Shown: positions 21,755 to 31,100 of the stretch, in pieces
How positions within the stretch are numbered: the stretch's first letter is position 1
How the letters are laid out: each line of letters opens with the position of its first letter
From: Candidatus Peribacter riflensis
GTDB lineage: Bacteria > Patescibacteriota > Gracilibacteria > Peribacterales > Peribacteraceae
Assembly (NCBI GenBank): GCA_001430755.1
Contig: CP013062.1
Coordinates: forward strand, 1,200,001 to 1,232,000
Reading direction: 5' to 3'
DNA length: 32,000 nucleotides
Made by a program: the position numbers and the translations under genes
Notes under the pieces: generated by a model
Told to the model about the DNA's origin: nothing
Database searches by the model: none
The model's input: the letters and a program-made list of their open reading frames with translations, nothing else

Positions 21755-24700
21755 ATGATTCTTTCTTCCCTCCGCTTCCGGCAGATTGCCATCCTCCTCG
21801 CACTCGTCGTGACGGGGATGCTCATCGGCAACTTCGTGGGCAGTGGAGGGCGCTGGCAGGCGCAGGTGGCGCCGCCGGCCGTCTGCGGCAACAGCCGGTG
21901 CGAGCTCGGCGAGCGGAGGACGCTGCGCATCCCGTCACTTCCGATTTTCAGAACCGAGAATGACGGTGAGGTCATCATCGGACACGCGGTCTCGTACGCG
22001 GGCGATACCGACGGCAACGGCGCGGGCGACCTGCTCGTTGTGGGGACAGAAGCAGATTACGGGTCATACGATTCTGCTGCCCGCAAGAAGGTGTGGCTCG
22101 TGCGCATGGAACAGGACGGACGGATGAAATCGTACAGCCAGATCGCCGGACCGGAGTGGGGGTACCAATATGCTGAAGGAGGTTTCGCTGCAGGAGTTAC
22201 GCTGGTGCAAAATCCCCAGGGTACCCCCGTGTACGCGGTCAGCAGCAACGAAAACAGCTATCCGAACTACACGGCTATCCGTTTCTATGACCAGTCAGGA
22301 GGTGCGATGGGAACATCCGGCGACGGCATCACCAATCTGCCGCATCACGTGCTCGCCGGCATCGGCGACATCGACGGCAATGGCATCGGCGATCTGGCGG
22401 TGGCCAACCAGTATGCAGACACCCCCTACGGCATGGGCAAAATCACAGTGGTGTTGCTCGAAGCGAATTACTCGGTCAAGTCTACGCATGTCATCGCTTC
22501 GGAAGGGGACGGTTTCGGCACCGATGATCTGGCGATGGGCGGTCGGTCGATCACAGCGCTCGGCGATCTGGATGGCGATGGCTTGAAAGAAATCGCCGTG
22601 GGTAACGGCAATACCGGCGGCGGTGAGATGGGTTCGGTGTACATCTTGTCGCTGCGCGCGGATGGCAGTGTGGCAGACAAGCGGCTGCTGACACCCGGCA
22701 GCGATTTCACGCTGCAGGGCGAGCTCAACGGGTTTGCCAACAGCCTCGCGGGGGTCGGCGACTGGAACGGCGACGGCGTGCCCGATCTCGCCGTGCTGTC
22801 GTACGAGTACGTCGAACACCCTCCTCTTGTCGGGTCACACGCGTCGCCTGTCATTCACATTCTCTTGCTCACGGCGCAGAAAGGGGTGGCGGGTACGCAA
22901 TCCTTCCGGTATGCGGATCTGGGGGCGTTCGCCGGAGCCGCCGTTTTCGGCAACGGCTGGCCGCTTGCTGCCATGCCCGATCAGGACGGCGACGGCAAGA
23001 TGGAACTGATCTTGGGCGTGCCCGGCGACGGCTCGTGCGGGGGGCAGATTTCGAACCCGCAGGGGGCAGTGCACGTGATCCTGTCGCGCGCGATGACCGC
23101 GTGCCCGGGCGACTGCAATTTCTGCCCGCAATTGTCCTACACGCCCGCGCGGTCATCGCGGTACTTCTTTACTCCCGGCTACAGCACCCTTCCCCCGCTC
23201 GCGAGCTGCGGTAACAGCCAGTGCAACGCGGGCGAGATGAATCCGGTTGTGCTGCAGGGGGCGGATGCGAATCAGCCGTACGTTGCGCTCTCTCTGTTCA
23301 TGGGCACGAAATCCCTCGATACCTTGGGCGATTTCGACGGAGACGGCGTCGATGATCTGGTACTGGGGGGCGTGACGCAGAATGTGGCGGGTGTGGATCG
23401 TTACGGCATGAACGAGGTGCAGATTGTCCGTCTCAATTCCAACGGCACCCAGAAATCGGTCACCCGCATCTACGAAGGCACAAGTGGGCTGCAGACGGGC
23501 GATGCCGATGGTTCGTACATTGGCGCCATCGTCGCCTCGATCGGAGATCTCGATGCGGACGGCGTGCGCGATATTGCCGTATCGGCATTCCCGCAGTCCC
23601 GCACTCCCACATCGTATGCAGTATGGATTCTGCTGCTGCGGTCGGATGGCACGGTGAAGTCGGCGCGCAAGATCGCAGCGGGGCAGGGCGGATTCACCGG
23701 TTCCATTGCGGAGAAGTTTGGTACGGCGCTGGAGGGAATCGGCGACTTCGACGGCGACGGCGTGCCCGATCTGGCCGTGGGTGATCCTGGTTACAGCACC
23801 TACAACACGGCCAAGGAAGGTCGGGTGCACTTGCTCATGCTCAACCGCAACGGGACGGTGAAATCCTCCAGGACCCTGTGGGCCTCGTCGTTCACGGCTG
23901 TGCCGAATACCAGCGACATGCTGCGTGCCTCGCACCCGTACATCCGGTTCGGGTCTGCGGTTGCATTTCTGGGCGACGTGCACTCTGACGGCAGAAAGTT
24001 CCTGGCGGTGGGGGGCGGCGAGAGCGTCTGGACCATGGCGTTCAATGTCGACGGGAGCCTGAACACGGTCAAGCGCACGCAGGGGACCGCAGTGTCACCC
24101 GCCGGCGATCAGGATGGCGACGGAAAGACAGACCTCATAATTTCGTACTCGCCTGATGAGCCTGCAGAAATCTGCCCTGAGTGTGAGCCAACCTATGACA
24201 CCGCGTGGGCTGCGTACTACTCCGTTCTCACGGACGGCACACTGGAGCAGCTGTGGAATGCCAGCTACGGCAGTCTCTATCTTCCGGGTGGTGGAGGAAC
24301 ATGGTGGGGGAATCTTCCGGGGCGGGAGGTGGCGACCATCCGCGACTTAGACGGTGACCAGAAGCACGAGTTCATCATGCTGGATAGCGGCTCATTTACC
24401 TGCAGGGGGTCGTCGCACGTCGGCTTGGCGTGGCTGCTCTTCTCCGGCAGTTTGGGGCCCCGCTGCGAGGCCGATTGCGCCAGTGTGAATTTCTGCGCGG
24501 TACAGCAGCAGGCACCCGTGTGCGGCAACGGTACGGCGGAGTCGGGAGAGCAGTGCGGCGAACCCGGACTCTCGTGTTCCACCGGTCAGACATGCCAGAA
24601 CTGTCTGTGTGTGGGAGGTACCTCCTCTTCACAGCAGAGCTTGGACGGTACGTGGGTGAATTGCCCGGCAGGGTGGGCCTGCAACAAGAGTCTGGATAGT

Positions 24701-27700
24701 GGAGTCTGCAATACGCGGTCGTTGAATCCTCCTCCTCCGGGATGCACAACAGAAATGGGTACCACCTGCGGCACCGCCGCCTGTTCCGGCACCTGTTCCC
24801 GTATGGTCTGCGCCAGCTCCTCCTCGAGCAGTGCCGTATCGGTATCCGTGAGCTGCGGCAACGGCATCAAAGACGGCAGTGAGCAGTGCGAAAGCCCCGC
24901 AATGCGTCAGACCATGACGACGGGTCCCCGGCCCGGATGGGTTCGACACGGCGACTTCAACGCGGATGGCTGGCAGGATCTTGTAACGGTCAATTACAGT
25001 TCGGATAATGCCAATAATTCCATTTCCGTTTTTCTCAACAGAGGCGACGGTACATTCTTTACCAAAGTCGATTACCCGTTCACACCGCAGCACCAAGTCT
25101 TATCCATAGATGTGTACGATATGAATGACGACGGAAAGGTGGATTTCATCGTGAGGAGCGGCGGAAAGCTCCGCGTTCTCAAAGGCAACGGGGACGGTAC
25201 CTTCCAGTCTCCAGCATCTTTTTTACCTGGTGATCCGTTTACCACTGGGATTGGTGCGGCATTCGGCGATTTCAACGAAGACGGGCGCACTGATGTTGTC
25301 ACCGGCATCACTCTCTCCAGCGGTGTGCAATTCTTCGCAGGGCAGGGAGGCGGGGCGTTTGCGGCCGGCGTCACTGCTGCCGGATATCCGAGCCACTTGC
25401 ACATCGTTACTGCGGATTTCGATGCCGACGGGCATACGGACGTCGCTTTTTTGCCTACCAACAGCGGGAATGATCCTTCCGATGCCACGTTCGAGGGGTC
25501 AGTACAGGTGTTGTACGGCAATGGGGCGGGAGCGTTCACCGCCGTGCCGATTCCGCAACCATCTTCCTCTGTTTCCAACATGATGGGATTTTTCGTCCGG
25601 GATGCAAACCTGGACGGACGTCCCGATCTCATCGTGCGCGGCAACGGTTCGGTTTCTACCATCTGGATCAACAATGGGAACCGCACGTTTCAGGAGAAGA
25701 CCACCAACGGGGGCCCAATGGGGGAATCACGCGCGTTCTTCGATATCGATGGCGACGGAAAAATGGATGTCATCACGAGTGCCTATTCCACCGGTATGGG
25801 CAAGCAGCTGGAGGTACACAAGGGCGTCGGGGACGGGTCGTTCCAGAACACTGCCAGTTACGTCATTCCACTGCCGCATTCCTATACCTGTCTGATGACC
25901 GCTATCATCGGCGCAGATTTCAATCGTGACGGCAAACTGGACATGGCTGTGGCCCATGGGAATGCCTGCCAGGACAACATCACAAACGCCGATGCCGTCT
26001 CGGTATTCCTGAGCCCCTGCGCACCGGGGCAAACCTGCGCGAATTGTCAGTGCAGCGGCGGCGTGCCGGTTTCTTCCTCAAGCTCCAGTCTTCCGGTGGT
26101 CGTTTCCTCCTCCAGCCATTCCTCCAGTGCCAGCATCATCGTCGGCTCCTCCTCCAGCATCGCCGTGGCCTCGTTCTGTCCGAACGGAGTCATCGAACCT
26201 GCGGAGCAGTGCGAGATCGGGTACGCCTGCCCCACAGGGTCCACGTGCAATTCCTTCTGTGTGTGTTCTGGCGGTGCGTCCTCCTCCTCTTCTATTGTTT
26301 CTTCCTTCCCCTCTTCTTCTCTCTCTTCCATTCCCTCCTCTGTGAGCTCGGCACAGAGCTCCGTTTCGATTGAGGTGTTCTGCGGCAATGCCGTGCTGGA
26401 GGGTACCGAGACGTGCGAAGCGAATCATCCCTGCCCCACGGGTCAACTCTGCATGAACTGTCTCTGCTCAACACCCAGCTACTGCGGCGACAACGTCGTC
26501 AATACGGAGGATGGCGAACAGTGCGAATCGGACCCCGACTGTTCGCAGGGTGAAGTGTGCACGTTGAATTGTCTGTGCCATGCAGGCACGGGAGGGAACT
26601 GCGGCAATGGGACGATGGAAGCGCTGGAGCAGTGCGAGCGCAACCATCCGTGCGGAGAAGGAATGCAGTGCCAGGCGTGCCTGTGCGTCGAGGTGCCGCG
26701 TTGCGGGAACAACGTCCGTGAGCGAGGGGAGCAGTGCGAGACGAACGTCTTCTGCCCTGTGGGCTCCTCGTGCGTGAATTGTCTCTGCCAGCAGGGCATG
26801 GATTGCGGAGACGGCAATCTGGCTGCGGGTGAACAGTGTGAGAAGGACAGCCACTGCCTCGAAGGGCAATTCTGCAATATGCTCGCATGCCAGTGCGAAG
26901 GAGCCGGCGCAGGGTGCGGCGACGGCATGCTGGAGGGCTCGGAACAGTGCGAACTGGGCAGCCCGTGCCAGAACTTCGAAGAAAGCTGCGATCTCTCGAC
27001 GTGCAGGTGCACGACCGATCCGATCATCTCCACGTGCGGCAATGCGATGGTGGATGCCGGCGAAGATTGCGACATCGGCATGCCCTGCGGCGAGGGAGAG
27101 ATCTGTAATTTTGCCAATTGCCACTGCATGTCGTGGGCGACGCGCTGTGGCGACGCACAGCTCTCGGAAAATGAGCAGTGCGAGATCGGTCTGCCGTGTG
27201 CCGACCTGGCGCAGGCGTGCGACCTGAGCCGGTGTGTCTGTGCGGCACTGGAACCAGACGCGAGCTGCGGCGATGGTCTGGTGGCTGTCGGCGAGGAGTG
27301 CGAGGTGGGCGTTCCCTGTCCATTCGGGTGGTCCTGCAATTACTCGCGTTGCCAGTGTCTCAATCTGCCGATCTGCGGCGATGGGTCGCAGGATGCCGGA
27401 GAACAGTGTGAGGTGACCCTGGCCTGTTCCGAGAGCGGCATGATGTGCGATTTCTCGCGCTGTCGCTGCGTCGGGAATCTCGTGGCCTGCGGGAACGGCG
27501 TGCTTGATCCCGGTGAGCAGTGTGACGACGGAGACACGTCTGCCGGTGACGGCTGCGATGCCCGGTGCCAGCGGGAATGGATCACGATGGTGGGCGGAAC
27601 ATCGATCTGCGGCAATGGTATTGTGGAGCTGCCGGAGGAGTGCGACGACAGTAATGTGCTTTCCGGAGACGGATGCTCGGGTGATTGCCGTTTGGAGATT

Positions 27701-28060
27701 GGCGGTGTGATACCTAATCTCGATACTCCCGGGTTGAGCATCTCGCCGGAACATGCTGCAGGGCCGACCATTCAGGCAGGACAGATGGCACAGGGCGGAC
27801 AAATACAGCCGGGTGGCAGTGCGGCAAGCTCGGGCGTCCCGTCACAGGGTGCCGGAACCGGGCCGGAGACCATCGTCTTCCCCGGGCAGCAGGGTGTAAT
27901 TTCGCCGTTCGCGCAGCAATCACCTGCCTACTACGGTTCCGTCATTCCTCCCTTCGCTCCGGTGAGCGGACCTGTGGGGAGCACCGGACCGGCGGCCGTT
28001 GCGGTGATCGCGGCGGGGGCGGCGAGTGGGTGGGCGTGGATGCGGAGACGGCGCAGGTGA
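21755..28060 (+). CDS. Giant (~2101 aa) surface protein: N-terminal signal-anchor, three FG-GAP/VCBS (integrin-alpha-like) beta-propellers separated by Cys-rich knots, Ser-rich linkers, 12-repeat Cys-rich stalk, C-terminal membrane anchor
   Basis: Single ORF. ATG 21755 gives MILSSLRFRQIAILLALVVTGML. An alternative GTG at 21746 overlaps the gene 6 stop as GTGA. Stop is TGA at 28058-28060, directly after RRRRR. Confidence 0.9.
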   Translation: MILSSLRFRQIAILLALVVTGMLIGNFVGSGGRWQAQVAPPAVCGNSRCELGERRTLRIPSLPIFRTENDGEVIIGHAVSYAGDTDGNGAGDLLVVGTEADYGSYDSAARKKVWLVRMEQDGRMKSYSQIAGPEWGYQYAEGGFAAGVTLVQNPQGTPVYAVSSNENSYPNYTAIRFYDQSGGAMGTSGDGITNLPHHVLAGIGDIDGNGIGDLAVANQYADTPYGMGKITVVLLEANYSVKSTHVIASEGDGFGTDDLAMGGRSITALGDLDGDGLKEIAVGNGNTGGGEMGSVYILSLRADGSVADKRLLTPGSDFTLQGELNGFANSLAGVGDWNGDGVPDLAVLSYEYVEHPPLVGSHASPVIHILLLTAQKGVAGTQSFRYADLGAFAGAAVFGNGWPLAAMPDQDGDGKMELILGVPGDGSCGGQISNPQGAVHVILSRAMTACPGDCNFCPQLSYTPARSSRYFFTPGYSTLPPLASCGNSQCNAGEMNPVVLQGADANQPYVALSLFMGTKSLDTLGDFDGDGVDDLVLGGVTQNVAGVDRYGMNEVQIVRLNSNGTQKSVTRIYEGTSGLQTGDADGSYIGAIVASIGDLDADGVRDIAVSAFPQSRTPTSYAVWILLLRSDGTVKSARKIAAGQGGFTGSIAEKFGTALEGIGDFDGDGVPDLAVGDPGYSTYNTAKEGRVHLLMLNRNGTVKSSRTLWASSFTAVPNTSDMLRASHPYIRFGSAVAFLGDVHSDGRKFLAVGGGESVWTMAFNVDGSLNTVKRTQGTAVSPAGDQDGDGKTDLIISYSPDEPAEICPECEPTYDTAWAAYYSVLTDGTLEQLWNASYGSLYLPGGGGTWWGNLPGREVATIRDLDGDQKHEFIMLDSGSFTCRGSSHVGLAWLLFSGSLGPRCEADCASVNFCAVQQQAPVCGNGTAESGEQCGEPGLSCSTGQTCQNCLCVGGTSSSQQSLDGTWVNCPAGWACNKSLDSGVCNTRSLNPPPPGCTTEMGTTCGTAACSGTCSRMVCASSSSSSAVSVSVSCGNGIKDGSEQCESPAMRQTMTTGPRPGWVRHGDFNADGWQDLVTVNYSSDNANNSISVFLNRGDGTFFTKVDYPFTPQHQVLSIDVYDMNDDGKVDFIVRSGGKLRVLKGNGDGTFQSPASFLPGDPFTTGIGAAFGDFNEDGRTDVVTGITLSSGVQFFAGQGGGAFAAGVTAAGYPSHLHIVTADFDADGHTDVAFLPTNSGNDPSDATFEGSVQVLYGNGAGAFTAVPIPQPSSSVSNMMGFFVRDANLDGRPDLIVRGNGSVSTIWINNGNRTFQEKTTNGGPMGESRAFFDIDGDGKMDVITSAYSTGMGKQLEVHKGVGDGSFQNTASYVIPLPHSYTCLMTAIIGADFNRDGKLDMAVAHGNACQDNITNADAVSVFLSPCAPGQTCANCQCSGGVPVSSSSSSLPVVVSSSSHSSSASIIVGSSSSIAVASFCPNGVIEPAEQCEIGYACPTGSTCNSFCVCSGGASSSSSIVSSFPSSSLSSIPSSVSSAQSSVSIEVFCGNAVLEGTETCEANHPCPTGQLCMNCLCSTPSYCGDNVVNTEDGEQCESDPDCSQGEVCTLNCLCHAGTGGNCGNGTMEALEQCERNHPCGEGMQCQACLCVEVPRCGNNVRERGEQCETNVFCPVGSSCVNCLCQQGMDCGDGNLAAGEQCEKDSHCLEGQFCNMLACQCEGAGAGCGDGMLEGSEQCELGSPCQNFEESCDLSTCRCTTDPIISTCGNAMVDAGEDCDIGMPCGEGEICNFANCHCMSWATRCGDAQLSENEQCEIGLPCADLAQACDLSRCVCAALEPDASCGDGLVAVGEECEVGVPCPFGWSCNYSRCQCLNLPICGDGSQDAGEQCEVTLACSESGMMCDFSRCRCVGNLVACGNGVLDPGEQCDDGDTSAGDGCDARCQREWITMVGGTSICGNGIVELPEECDDSNVLSGDGCSGDCRLEIGGVIPNLDTPGLSISPEHAAGPTIQAGQMAQGGQIQPGGSAASSGVPSQGAGTGPETIVFPGQQGVISPFAQQSPAYYGSVIPPFAPVSGPVGSTGPAAVAVIAAGAASGWAWMRRRRR
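21950..23090 (+). repeat. FG-GAP-type propeller 1 (Ca-binding-like D.DG.G..D[LI].[VI] loops)
   Basis: Loops are GDTDGNGAGDLLVVG, GDIDGNGIGDLAVAN, GDLDGDGLKEIAVGN, GDWNGDGVPDLAVLS and PDQDGDGKMELILGV. Confidence 0.8.
23260..24447 (+). repeat. FG-GAP-type propeller 2
   Basis: Loops are GDFDGDGVDDLVLGG, GDLDADGVRDIAVSA, GDFDGDGVPDLAVGD, GDVHSDGRKFLAVGG, GDQDGDGKTDLIISY and RDLDGDQKHEFIMLD. Confidence 0.8.
24925..26013 (+). repeat. FG-GAP/VCBS-type propeller 3 (seven repeats)
   Basis: Loops are GDFNADGWQDLVTVN, YDMNDDGKVDFIVRS, GDFNEDGRTDVVTGI, ADFDADGHTDVAFLP, RDANLDGRPDLIVRG, FDIDGDGKMDVITSA and ADFNRDGKLDMAVAH. Confidence 0.8.
26381..27697 (+). repeat. Array of 12 Cys-rich repeats, collinear repeat-by-repeat with 3453-4775 of gene 1
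   Basis: Repeat 7 is CGNAMVDAGEDCDIGMPCGEGEICNFANCHC here and CGDATLDPGEDCDIGIACPAGSYCVFPRCHC in gene 1. Repeat 9 is CGDGLVAVGEECEVGVPCPFGWSCNYSRCQC here and CSNGLLTAGEECEVGVPCPFGWACDFPRCVC in gene 1. The last two repeats, CGNGVLDPGEQCDDGDTSAGDGCDARCQRE and CGNGIVELPEECDDSNVLSGDGCSGDCRLE, are Myxococcus-type. Confidence 0.88.
27974..28057 (+). other. C-terminal sorting-signal-like tail of gene 7: VGSTGP + 17 hydrophobic/small residues (AAVAVIAAGAASGWAWM) + RRRRR
   Basis: The layout and the GWAW[LM]RRRR ending are the same as in the gene 1 tail (5055-5141). Confidence 0.7.
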
Positions 28061-28117
28061 TCACGACGGGTGGTGGTTTGCGGGCGTATGTGCTAATTTT
28101 GGAGAAACTTCTCACTC

Positions 28118-31100
28118 ATGCGGCAACGTATCGCCTTTCTTCCATTCGCATTCATCCTCGTCGCCGGAGTGGCGGTGGCATATGTGCGCGATTTGCCGTT
28201 GCGTACGTTGTATGGTGATGTAAACGGGGAACCCGCACTCCTGTACTGCGATGTCAATACGGGCGACCAGTGCGATATGAGTCATGGATGCCCCGGGATC
28301 TCGGGAACGATCTGCAGAGTCTCGGGCGACTACTGTTACTGCACGACCAACCATCCGGCCTGTGATGCCGTACACACGGCGGACGAGTGCGATGCCACAC
28401 ATCCGTGTTATGAGGGAACCTGCGTGGAAGACTGGAATCAGTGCCGCTGCATGGCTACTGCCGGGTGTGGAAACGGAACCCTGGATTTCGGTGAGCAGTG
28501 CGATGGGGCAGCGGGGTCCTGCTCACCAGGCAGCGCCTGCAATCCCGGCTCCTGCACCTGCACCGGCACCGTTCCCTCCGCCGTCTGCGGCGATGGTGTC
28601 AAAGAGGGGGCGGAGCAGTGTGACACTTCGGACGCGGGTTGTCTTTCGGGGCAGCATTGCGTCGGATGCATCTGCAGTTCCGCTGTCTGCGGAGATGCAA
28701 ATGTCCAGGATGCATGGGGCGAAACGTGCGATTTTGCCAGCGTGTGTTCCTCATCCCTCTGCCACTCGTGCAAGTGCAGTACCTGCGGCAACGGAGTGAG
28801 AGATCAGGCGGAGGAGTGCGATATGAACGCGCCGACCAATACCTGTCCTACGGGGTTCTTCTGCGAGAACTGTCGGTGCGAATATTCCCGGCCGCTCGCG
28901 GAAGGAACGTGTGGCAACGCACAGATCGATCCCGGAGAAGCGTGTGATCCGGGGATAGTGAATATCGTTGATCCTTGTCCTGGCGAACCGTGGTGTGACA
29001 TGGAAACCTGCCTCTGCACGGATCAGCTCGAAATGCGTTTCTGCGGTGATGGCAACGCCGATCCGGGCGAGCAGTGCGGCGAACCGACGCTCGCGGGTAA
29101 TTGTCTCAACTGTGTCCAGTGCCGTTGTAGGACTGGCGTTGGCACTGATCCCCAGTGTGGCAATGGTCGTATCCAGCGCGGCGAGCAGTGCGAGAGCACT
29201 ATCCAGGCCATTCAGAATATTCACGTATGCCCCAGCCAGCCAGCCCAGCCCCGTTCCGCCTACTGTGTCTGGGGGGAATGTGCGTGCCGCGACATCACCA
29301 TTGCCTCCTCGTCTTCTTCAGTCGCCAATCGAGATTGCACGGATACGGATGCACTCGACACCTTTACCGAGGGCGTGACCGAAATCTGCGTAGTAGGTCA
29401 GGCCGGTGGGTGGGTATGCGTTCCACACGGTGATACCTGTGCCAATACCCAGAATGTGACCGAGTATTTCTGTTCCATGGATACGCTAGGGCAACAGAAT
29501 TACTTCTGCGCGAATGGCTGCCAGGCGGGGCGTTGTCTGACGGCGCAAGCCTCCTCCTCCACTTCCATTCACTACTCGCCCTTCGGAGCCATCACCGCTG
29601 CGGACGCATCGGGCATCACGGGATGGGTGTGCGATCGTGATAATTTTATGACACCGCTCGCAATCCGTCTGTGGATTGATTCTGTCCCGTCCGCGCAACA
29701 AAGCACTGCCGACAGGCCCAGCACCGCGGCGGCTGCCCAGTGCGATGGATACAACAATCATGGTTTCTACTTTCCGGCGACTTCCGCACTCTGCAACGGC
29801 GTCGCACACACTATTCTGGTGACGGCGGGAGGGATCGGGAGCAGGGGTGAGCTTGCCTCAACGATTGGCCCGCGTCAGCTCCTCTGCACAGCGCCCGCAT
29901 CCAGTTCTTCCTCTACAGCGTCACTGTCCTACTCGCCCTTTGGCTCCGTGGATTCTGCGAATGAATCGGTCATCACAGGGTGGGCCTGTGACCGTGATAA
30001 TTTTGCGACTGCGCTCACGGTGTATCTGTGGGTGGATTCCGTCCCGACTCCCCTGACATGGATCACTGCGAATACGGTCAGTCCCGTGGGATCACCGTAT
30101 TGCGGTGGGTACCTCAGTCACGGCTTCTCCTTCCAGACGCCTGCCTCGCTCTGCGATGGAGTGCAGCATACCGTAGCGGTCACGGCTGCCAACATCGGCA
30201 GCAGAGGAACAGATGTGCCTATCGGTTCATACGCGCTCACCTGCGGTGGATCGTCTTCTTCCCATTCTTCCTCTTCAGGAGTCGCCTCTCCGCCCACGGG
30301 GTGGTTCGACTACGCCACATGCGAGCGGATGGAGGGCTGGTCCTGCGATCTGGATGCCAAGACGCAGTACGTGACGGTGGATATTTACGCCAACGGCCCC
30401 AAGGGGCAGGGAACGAAAGTACTGACAACAACCGCGAACACGGATCGTGCGGCGATTGTCGGGGAAATCTGCGGCAATGGACCTTCCAATCACGGATTCA
30501 ATATTCCGCTTCCTGCATCACTCAAAGATGGCCAGCCCCACACCCTCTATGCGTATGCACGCGACATCGTCGGCGGAGCGGCCGATGTCCTCCTCTTCAT
30601 GGGAACCGAAGCGCCGTACGTAACGCCGAAAACGGTGACATGCGCTGCTCCCGTCTCCTCTTCCTCTTCCTCTTCCTCTTCATCGCAATCTTCCACGCAC
30701 CGGGACTGCCTGGGCCCCGGAGGCACCATGATTTCAGTGCCCATTGATCAGCCCTGCCCCCCGTTATCTTCCAGTTCCTCTTCGCGCTCCTCCATACCGC
30801 AGGTCGTTCATCCTCCCGTGGGACAATTCGATACTGCGACCTGCCAGTCGCTGGATGGATGGGCGTGTGATGAAGATAATTTTTTGACGAAACTTACCAT
30901 TGATATCTACATGGACGGACCGGTAGGAGTGGGGACAAAAGTGCTGACGACGGTTGCAGATGATCCGAGCAGCATCGGCATTTTGGAGCTGTGCGGCAAT
31001 CAGCCCAACCACGGATTCACTGTTGCCCCGCCGTTATCGCTCAAAGATGGCCAGCCCCACACCCTCTATGCGTATGCCCGCGATGTGGGCGGCGGGATGG

